Positions 55,257 to 64,000 of a DNA stretch of 64,000 bases are shown here, in pieces. A model generated the notes under the pieces. That model was not told the origin of the DNA and did no database searches. It saw only the letters and a program-made list of their open reading frames with translations. A program made the translations under genes and the position numbers. Each line of letters begins with the position of its first letter. Position 1 is the first letter of the stretch. The DNA is from Octopus vulgaris (taxonomy: Eukaryota): NCBI GenBank assembly GCA_951406725.2, contig OX597814.1, positions 101,556,001 to 101,620,000 on the forward strand, written 5' to 3'.

Positions 55257-55355
<99 letters not shown>

Positions 55356-55486
55356 GTATATATATATGTGTATGTATATATATGTATACACACATATAAA
55401 GACATACATACACACACAGATAGATAGATAGATAGATTCGCGTATACATATACATGCTAATGTGTGTGTATGTATCTGCGTGTGGG

Positions 55487-55552
<66 letters not shown>

Positions 55553-55567
55553 AAAATAAATACGTGC

Positions 55568-55629
<62 letters not shown>

Positions 55630-55870
55630 AGAGAGAGACAGTCAGGGATGTATGTATGTATGTATGTATGTATGTATGCATGCATGTATGTATGCATGCA
55701 TGTACACACACACACATACATACACACACACACACAAACACACACACAGAAATGATCAAACAAACATACGGACATACGCGAGCACACGCGCACACTCACG
55801 TTCATGTACACACAGAATGTGAGCTAGATTGGTAGATAGATAGAGAGAGAGTGAGAGAGAGAGAGAGAGA
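54908..55870. repeat. (AGT)n(GTT)n(GGT)n, then TA/GA/TATG/CA tracts
   Basis: Direct observation. Confidence 0.92.
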
Positions 55871-56809
55871 TGGGAAGAGCGAAAGCAGAGAAAAATGTGT
55901 GAAGGCAGAAGAAAATAAGAAGATGAAGAAAAGCAGGAGGAAGAGAAAGAGAGAGAGGGGGAGGGAAGAAAATTATAGAAATAGAAGAAATGAAGTGAGA
56001 GAGAAAGGACGAAAGACACTAAGTAAGAAAAAGAATTATCGTGAAACGAGAAGTGAGTCCAGGAAAGAGAGTGAAAGAAAATGAAAGTGTGAGAAGGAGA
56101 GTGAGAGAGAGAGAGAAGAATTGCAGGAAATGTGGAATAGCAGAGGAGGGTTTCAAATTAAAACAAAGCAGCTGCTACCTGCCAGATGTGATGCGTTTCT
56201 GCTGTGGCGAGATTGGAATCTATAAAAGATGCTGCTCAGTTTTCGCACCTCTCAATAACAGCAATGAAATCCGTCTATAATTAATCACCGGAAGAAGCGA
56301 CCTAGCAGAAACGACCGTAAATATTAGCTAGAGAAAGAACACTGTCAGAAAAAGAACAGCAACAACAACAACACCACCAGCAACAACAACTACTACAACA
56401 ATAACATCACTCGTGACAATAGCTATAATGGCGACAGTGGCAACAAGAAGCACAACAATAATCAAGCCAAAACAACAATAACAAAGGTAAGTATGGAAAT
56501 GGTAACTACGGCAGCGACAATATCGCAAAGAACCAGCAGTACCTTTATGTGGCCGATCTGTTTACTTGAAATAGTAGCCAAATTTCCCTTAGTTTTCACT
56601 TGACCATTTTGAAAATAAAAATAAAGAGAACCCAGTTGATAATATAGACTTAGATACGTTTGAATAACTAAAATAATATCACAAAGAGAAAAACAATAAC
56701 AACGGTGCGAATGGAGAGTTACTACGGCAGCTACGATACGGCCAACAACCAAGAGTGTCTGTTTATATGGCCGGTTTGTCCACTAGAAATTAGAAAATGT
56801 AAAAGGATC

Positions 56810-57055
56810 ATAGGTCCTTCGCATGCTCTAGGCCCATAAGACCGGTTACTAGGATTCTGTGGCACATATATTGTTCATCCCCCTGAATGGGGCACAGATC
56901 CATCGCGAGAATTACTCACTTTCGCTAGCTGAATGGACTGGAGCAACTGGAAACAAAGTGTCTTGCTCAAGAACACAGCGCATCACCGGGTCCAGGAATC
57001 GAATTCACAATTTTACAGTCATGAATGCAACACGCTGACCAATTAGCCACGCACC
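56810..57055 (-). mobile_element. SINE family C, tail type 3
   Basis: tggactggagcaac..aagtgtcttgctcaagaacacagcgcatcaccgg..aggaatcgaa. Confidence 0.8.
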
Positions 57056-57479
57056 TGCACATCTCCTAGAAATAGTAGCCAAATATCTCTTAGTTCACAC
57101 CTTATTCTTTTGAAAATAGAAAAACGAAGGGTACAGTTGATAATATAATGATAAATACAATGTGTGAACAACAACAATAGCGACAACAAAAAGTGGGATA
57201 GTATGGCCATGGGTGGAGTGCTATTTTATCATATGATTGCTCAATTAGGATTGCCCACGAGCTAAACAAGCGAATGACTTCAACATAATTAGCAACACTA
57301 ATAAATGTGAGCCACATGATCACCATAAACGATAGTAATGACAATGACAATACCCACAACAGTTGAAAGAGCAACGACACGAACAACTCCAATGACAAAA
57401 GAAGCAGTAGCAGCAAGAGCAGCAACATCAACAATGACAGCCGCAGGAGGCAGCAGCAATAGCAACAACAGCAACACAG

Positions 57480-57940
57480 TGGATGCGTAATGGCCCGGTG
57501 GTCAGGGCAGCCGAATTCGCGGTCGTAAGAACGTGGTTTCGATTACCAGACCGGGTATTGTGAGTGTTTATTGAGCAAAAACACCAAAGCTCCACAAGGC
57601 TCCGACGAGGGTGGTGGTGAACCCTGCTGTACTCTTTCACCACAACTTTCTTTCACTCTTTCTTCCGCCTTCTGCCACAAAGCAGAGGAACCATGGTGTA
57701 ACCCACTATTGTGTGGTAAACTTTCAGACCCTAGTCTAGATTGCAAATCCTCTGTATCCCAGGATGGTTCAGTTCTCCACCGTTTATGGAATGAGGCTAA
57801 CAACGTAGCTTTTGCGCCCATGCAACTGCCAGTCTATCGTGTGTGATGGCCACACGCATTCTTTGTAGCTTAGACTAGGCCCGAATTAGAGACTATTCTT
57901 TGTGGCTAATGGCGTGAGCCCTGATTGGAAGAAGACAACA
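57480..57940 (+). mobile_element. tRNA-headed SINE-like element (family D)
   Basis: A box tggcccggtggtcaggg, B-box-like gtttcgattacc, then gtgtttattgagcaaaaacac; 3' boundary uncertain. Confidence 0.6.
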
Positions 57941-57969
57941 GCAACATCAACATTTAGAGCAGCAATAAA

Positions 57970-58510
57970 AGATTTTGATTTAGCCTCAAGACCAGCATTG
58001 TTTGAAGTAGGATGCCACTCGATTATGTCGATCCCTGTGCGTGATGGTTACATTAGTTTATCAACTTTGAAACGATGAGAGGCAAAGGTGACCTCGAAGG
58101 CACTTGAAGTGAGAGTGTAAAGAGCCAAACGAAATTCCGCAAAGTAATTTTTTCCGATGTGCTAATAATTCTATCAATCCACTGCTCTTACAATACCAAG
58201 AATGGTTTCTGATTTAAGCATAAGGACAGCAATTTTGAGGGACATTGATCAGTTGATAATATTGACAGGGCCAAAAGCAAAGTTGACCTCGATTGGATTT
58301 GGACTCAGAGATTAAATTAAAAAACGAACAAATATCCCTCAGTATTTGCCAATCCATCGCCCTATCAGTAGCCATAGAGGTTTCTGATTTAAGCACAAAA
58401 TCTAAAGTACTTTTTAGAGGAGGGCTTAGTTAATATCGTCGACCACAGTACTGCAAAGCTACTTTATTCTATCGACCTCGAAATGACATGTTCTACATTC
58501 AAGTCTCGGT
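57970..58510 (-). mobile_element. About three old SINE family A copies in tandem
   Basis: Degenerate ggcaaaggtgacctcg, gcaaagttgacctcg and atcgacctcgaaa motifs. Confidence 0.55.
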
Positions 58511-58663
58511 GAGTTTTCAACTCAGAATGACTATGCTTCATTGAAGAGCTTTATTAATAGTGAAACATGCGTGGAATTTTCAGGGTATCTGCCAAGGAGC
58601 AAATTATTCTACCACTAGCTGAGGTTCATTAAAAAATTATCCTCCTCCTCTTCATCATCATCG

Positions 58664-58756
<93 letters not shown>

Positions 58757-58757
<1 letters not shown>

Positions 58758-58955
58758 GGTGAGGTAGCACCCAGGATAACTGCTAAGCAGCATTTCGTTC
58801 GTCTTTTCGTTCTGAGCTCAAATTGCGCCGAGGTCGACTTTGCTTTTCATCGTTTCGGGATCGATAAATTAAGTATAAGTGAAACACTGGCATCGATATT
58901 ATCTACTACTTCCCTCCCGCCAAAATTTTAGGCCTTGTACCTATAGTAGAAAGGA
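58757..58955 (+). mobile_element. SINE family A after (CAT)n(TAT)n
   Basis: cgccgaggtcgactttgcttttcatcgtttcgggatcgataaa core and ggccttgtacctatagtagaaagg tail. Confidence 0.85.
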
Positions 58956-58959
58956 CTAC

Positions 58960-59745
58960 AATTATTTCTTTTTATCACAGGTTTTGTTGGAACTCCTGGA
59001 GGCTTGTATGGGTAGCAGGCTTGTTACCTGCAGCCTACGGTAGCATGGTATCCGTTGTTTTCGATCTAAAATTTTCCTGATTATTCCGGCCGTGCCAAGG
59101 AGTTAAATCTTTTGTAACAGTTCTACTGGGTACTCTATTCCAATTTCCTTTATCCCCTTGATACCGTCTGATACTGTCCCTAAGGACCCAACGTTAATTG
59201 GTACTATCTTCCCTTTCTTAATATTCCATACCTGGGCTGTTTTGTACACAGGGGGGTTTCATTTATCTATATTTTTTCACTTTTCTTCCTGGGTCAAAGG
59301 GGCACTCAACATCAACTATATAGCACATGTGATGCATCTTGTCGAGTACCAGTAGATCCGGTCTATTATACTCTAGCACCTGATCTTTTTTGGATTGGGA
59401 AATCCTAGAAGATTTTGCTAGTCTCCGACTCCACCACTCTCTGCCGTTTGTGCTCATTCCACGTCTTGCCTCTCTCTCGCCCCTACTATTCGCACCGTAT
59501 CCGATGTAGCAATTTCGCTACCTGAACGTGATGTGTCGCCACAACTTGTAGTGGTTTGGAGCAAGTCTAGGGCATCCGTTTGTGATATGGGCAATGGTTT
59601 CATCCACTATATTACAGATGCAGCACAGCGGAGATACTTGCTCGTTCCTAAGGCTGACCCTCCAGTTCGTGGTCAAAGCTTGGTCTTGCGCTGCCATTAT
59701 AATGCTTTCAGTTCCTTTATTTAATGTTCCATTCTTCAGCCAGAG
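58960..59745 (-). mobile_element. RLE-type non-LTR retrotransposon (R4/Dong-like) 3' fragment
   Basis: Minus strand: WLKNGTLNKGTESIIMAAQDQALTTN..SPLCCICNIVDETIAHITNGCPRLAPNHYKLWRH (CX2CX8HX4C knuckle), NRPDLLVLDK..YIVDVECPFD (PD-D nuclease), VPINVGSLGTV..LLGTAGIIRKIL. Confidence 0.92.
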
Positions 59746-59756
59746 TATATTAACAT

Positions 59757-60090
59757 ATAGCTGAATATCAGTGAAAAAGAGAATATCTACGCTAAACTAT
59801 TGAGAAATCTGCAGTTACTCTATCCAGATTACAAGTTTAGGTTTATACCTATAATTATTGGGGCCCTGGGATATGTAATACACTTCCTAAATATAAATCT
59901 TGAGAAATTAGGCTTCTCAAAACCAGAAATGAGAAAGTTAACTCGAAGACTACGGATCCAATCCATCACTGGAACTGTAAATATCTGTAAAACTTTCCAG
60001 AAGTTTATCATTTAAATATATATAAGCATGTCAAGATATGCAACTATGTGCATGAGAATACATAGATAAAACAAAACCAACAAATCTGCA
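59757..60090 (+). mobile_element. Second RLE-type non-LTR retrotransposon 3' fragment running into (TACA)n
   Basis: EKENIYAKLLRNLQLLYPDYKFRFIPIIIGALGYV..GTVNICKTFQKFII* (K..Y..L and PIxxGALG signature). Confidence 0.85.
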
Positions 60091-60248
60091 CATATACATA
60101 CATACATACATACATACATACATTCATACATACATACATACATACATACATACACACATACACACAAACACACACATACATACATTCATACATACATACG
60201 TACATACATACATACATACATACATGCATACATACATGCATACATACA

Positions 60249-60279
<31 letters not shown>

Positions 60280-61039
60280 GCACATACGTACGTACATACG
60301 TATGTACATACACACCACTCACATGTGTGTTGAAATTGTTCGAGCGGCGGCATGTGTATGTATATTAGTGTGACAAACATGTCTGTCTTAAGCAGCTATA
60401 TTCGTTTCTGCGAACTAATTTCCTAAGATTTGAAAAAGAATTGTTACGCTTATTTTTACTTATTTAACTTTTATTTATATTCCTCTTTTGTTTTCTTATT
60501 TTTTGTAGTTGTTGTTGTTGTTGTTGGGGTTTTTTTGTTTTTTTTTCAAACAAATTAGCTGTGCGAAATTGTCATAAAAAGAATTTCAGAAAAAAAAACC
60601 TTAAAGATTTCATTTACTTTTAAAATAATTTAATTTGGCTTTTAAGGTAATTATGTCTCTTTGTGGTAGTGCCAAATATATATACTAAATCTTTTTCGCA
60701 TTTGTGCAAGGCATTGTTGCCTCTCTAATAAATTAGTTTATATGCAACAATTGCAAGATTATGCTTCTTATTAGTAACCAGAATTATCGGTGTATTATTG
60801 CTTTTTGAAAAACGGCACAGTACCTCGTGTGTTATAGAAATAAGATAGCAGATATTTCTTAGATAAAAGCCATATCTTTTAAGCAAAATTACCGTCCTTT
60901 ACAACGGAGAACTTCAATCACAAGATGACTTTGCATGGTCCACAATTTACATTTTATGTTGGTTTCAAAACTGCCTTCGTTTTCCCATTTTCTTTATTGC
61001 GATAGCACGTATACTTTTTCAGACTGGACCGTTTTTGTT

Positions 61040-61350
61040 GTTACTCTGTCGGTTACGACAACGTGTGTTCCTGTTAGCCTGATCAACGGAACAGACTGCT
61101 CTTGAAATTAACGTGTAATTGATTGAGCTCGCCACAGACATGAGTCCCCTTGGCGTAATTCTCAGGGAGATTCAGCGTGACACAGAATGTGACAGAGCTG
61201 GCCTTTTGAATCACAAGTACAACTCACTTTTGCCAGCTGAGTGAATTGGAGCAGCGTGAAATAAAGTGTCTTGCTCAAGGACACAACGCGTCACCACGAA
61301 TCGAACACAAGACTTTATGATCGAATAACCTAACCACTAAGCCACATGGG
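61040..61350 (-). mobile_element. SINE family C, tail type 2
   Basis: Reverse head and core plus tail ctcagggagattcagcgtgacacagaatgtgaca. Confidence 0.88.
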
Positions 61351-61390
61351 GTTGGTTATTATATATCAGTATTATATATCGTATTATGCG

Positions 61391-61530
61391 GAGGCGCGTG
61401 GTTTAGTGGTTAAGGTACTGAACGCATGACTGTAAGGTTGTGGTTTCGATTCCTAGACCGGGCGATGCGTTGTGTTCTTGAGCAAAATACTTCATTTCAC
61501 GTTGCTCCAGTCCACTCAGCTGGCAAAAAT
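61391..61530 (+). mobile_element. SINE family C head and core, interrupted
   Basis: ggaggcgcgtggtttagtggttaagg..ttcgattcc..tgtgttcttgagcaaaatacttcatttcacgttgctccagtccactcagctggcaaaaatga. Confidence 0.9.
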
Positions 61531-61764
61531 GATATTTGTCCTCATCTAGATCGGCTGTTATACCCCGCCAGCCTTCATCGGGTGTCTTGGGGAAATTTCG
61601 AACCTGGGTTAAAATTCTTAAGGTATTTTTCGATGCTATTATTACTAATCTTGGGGTTAGTAGCGGTAAAGTGTGGTAAAGAGCACGGGCTACTAACCTC
61701 AATATTCCGAGTTCGATTCCAGGACCTGAATAATAATGATAACAACAACAACAACAACAGCAAC

Positions 61765-61798
<34 letters not shown>

Positions 61799-61892
61799 TC
61801 GAAAAATACCCTAGGAATACCCAGGTTCGAAATTTCCCCAAGACACCTGATGAAAGCTGGAGGATATATCAGCCGAAACGTTATGTTAACAG
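61528..61892. mobile_element. Inverted pair of a tRNA-like-head / (AAT)n / hammerhead element
   Basis: Plus copy 61667-61892 and minus copy 61528-61664 share gctactaacc-caa-att, (AAT)n and catcgaaaaatacc..cccaggttcgaaatttccccaagacacc-gatgaa-gctgg. Confidence 0.8.
61842..61887 (+). ncRNA. Minimal type I hammerhead ribozyme motif
   Basis: gacac-CTGATGA-a-agctgg..tcagcc-GAAAC-GTT-atgtt; palindromic AACGTT in place of stem III, as in PLE-associated minimal hammerheads. Confidence 0.65.
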
Positions 61893-61896
61893 CCAC

Positions 61897-62045
61897 GACG
61901 GGTTTCTTTCGAGCAAATCCATTCACAAGGCTTTGACCGGCCCGAAGTTATAGCAGAAGACACTTGCCCATGGTGCCACGCAGTGGGACTGTACCCAGAA
62001 CCATGTGGTTAGGAAGCAAGCTTGTTACCACGCAGTCATACCTAC
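61897..62045 (-). mobile_element. SINE family B, 5' half
   Basis: aaatccattcacaaggctttg..tagcagaagacacttgccca..gcagtgggactg..ccatgtggtt. Confidence 0.85.
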
Positions 62046-62049
62046 ACCC

Positions 62050-63554
62050 ATGACCCTGATTCGGAGACAACGAAAAGGTTCGTTATAATGACTATCTTTC
62101 TACAATTGAGTTTTCTGCACTACACAAGCATGTCTATTCAACTATGTATTCAGTCCGAAGTCTAACTTCCTATATCGCAACAATGCCTACTTCCTTTCTT
62201 CATTTGATAGACTTACTTCGACAGATGACAGTCGTGAAGATGCGTTTGGTAGACGTACTGGAACCTCTATAGATCCTTGAGCTTACCTAAAAAAAAATTG
62301 ATAATTCATTCGAGAGCATTTGAATGAACTTGTTTGGGACTTATCGCAGTGTAATAAGAATTTAAAGCATCCTGCCTCAAGACTTAAAGAAGATTATTTA
62401 CTTAACCAAAATGTATATGTCGAAAACGAAAATTTTATTTAGTAACACACTTTACACTCAATGGTCTGCTCTGCTATATTAATGGCATCAGAGAATTCTC
62501 CACAAACTTGTGTTACACTCATGTAGCATACGATAGGCGTTTCTTCCTTGTTTCTTCACAAGTATTCTTGCAAAAGGGCAATATAAAACCATGCATCCAC
62601 ATCACCACTCGGTTACCTAAAATGTATATACAATAACATAGATATACTTCTTGATGCCAATCCACACCGTAGTACCTCAATGGAATTTCTCAAAGTTATT
62701 GGCATGCTAATGAGTATTCAAGGAGGATTTACAAAATGCTGTTGCTTACCGTGCCAAAGGGATTGTCACGCCACTATATTAAACGTGACAAGCCACTAAA
62801 GCCTGCATATTTCCCAGGAAAGCGTGGTGAACAATGTGACCCTTCAGTAAATTCCAAATTCTAAGAAGATATTTATACCTCTTGCTCAGGTCAAATTTGA
62901 CATGATGAAAGATTTTATTAAAGTAACATATTAGAATCAACTTACGTAGATTTCAATACTTTTCTGTAAAAAATGTCTGACGAGTGTACAGCAAAGAAAA
63001 TTTCGTGAGACCGAAAATCAAGAAGGTTATAATAGACATAAATTTGACGAAACTGCTCTTAACTGTTACAAAGCTTCTCAGGATTAAGAGAACATTTCCT
63101 GGACAATAAGGTTTGTATATCGAGGAGTAGGTGAGAAGTCCCCAAAAGCTCATAAAAACGTTCCCGGTGTCATTAAAAATGTATTTCCTACATCCTCATT
63201 TAGATTTCATTCCATAGTTTTGAAAAAAGAACAATTCCATCAGAATGTATAAGCAATGGAAACATGATGTCAGGAAAGCCACGATGGCTGACTATTGTTG
63301 GGTGTTATATCATGGCGACCCAGACAAAACTTATAATAGAAAATCATATTTACAATGCTTAAGAAAAAATTCATATAATATATATTCTCCTATTACATGT
63401 ATATCTAAATGAATCAATTTTATAAGAATGCGGTTAAAATTTATTATGTGTGAATAACCCATGTGTATGCAGCACGTTTCGGTTCAAGCAATAAACACAT
63501 TTGATATATATATAATGTTATTTAATGCACCTTAAATGTAAAAAAAAAAAAAAA

Positions 63555-63589
<35 letters not shown>

Positions 63590-63700
63590 TGCCAGATTTA
63601 AAAGAAAAATCTAGACGTAACGTGGGAAACTAAATACAGATTTGAAATAAGCATTCAAAGTACATTCTGAAAAGTCAAATTTTATCACTGGTGAAAATAT
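62050..63700 (+). mobile_element. Heavily decayed Chapaev3-like (CMC superfamily) DNA transposon
   Basis: Collinear relic motifs LNELVWDL..ASRLKEDYLL, LKVIGMLMSIQGGFTKCCCLPC, PLAQVKFDMMKDFIK, SLKMYFLHPHLDFIP, EQFHQNV*AME and MADYCWVL; family assignment from memory; ends approximate. Confidence 0.78.
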
Positions 63701-64000
63701 TATTATAACACTACAAATATTACTTTCTTTTCCGACTTAGGATAAGGAAATATTTGTATGGGAGATGGAAATATAAATATACCTATTCTTTATATATTTG
63801 AATTAAATTAATGCTGTGTATATTATTGATGAACGCCAAATCGGCATCAGGTGAGTTGAATTCAGAGCCTGAAATTAAATGCTGTAAAGAAGCTCAACCG
63901 TTTCTATCTTTGATATTACACACTGACCTTTACTGTTTCTGTATTTTAACCAAAAGAAAATTCCAAAGGAACGAGAAATGAGAAATTGTGACATAAGGAA

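Overview
AT-rich eukaryotic DNA saturated with microsatellites and transposons. The tRNA-derived SINE families and extreme (TA)n/(CA)n/(TACA)n/(GATA)n load look like an octopus (coleoid cephalopod) genome; this is inferred from repeat recognition, not a database search. I found no intact protein-coding gene, rRNA, true tRNA or CRISPR array, and almost all ORFs in the track are repeat artefacts. The window is probably intergenic or a large intron. Recognisable content: over 50 copies or fragments of at least four tRNA-headed SINE families, some with target-site duplications (TSDs); three decayed Tc1/mariner transposons (one Tc1-like, two DD37D maT-like); a Chapaev3-like (CMC) transposase relic; two Helitrons; two MITEs; a CR1-like LINE tail; two restriction-like-endonuclease (RLE) LINE fragments back to back; and several Penelope-like (PLE) termini with minimal hammerhead motifs. 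The most unusual item is at 61.5-61.9 kb: a tRNA-like head, an (AAT)n spacer and a hammerhead ribozyme core, present as an inverted pair. This is a candidate Pol III-driven, hammerhead-bearing, Penelope-mobilised SINE. Coordinates were read by eye; boundaries of degenerate copies are approximate.
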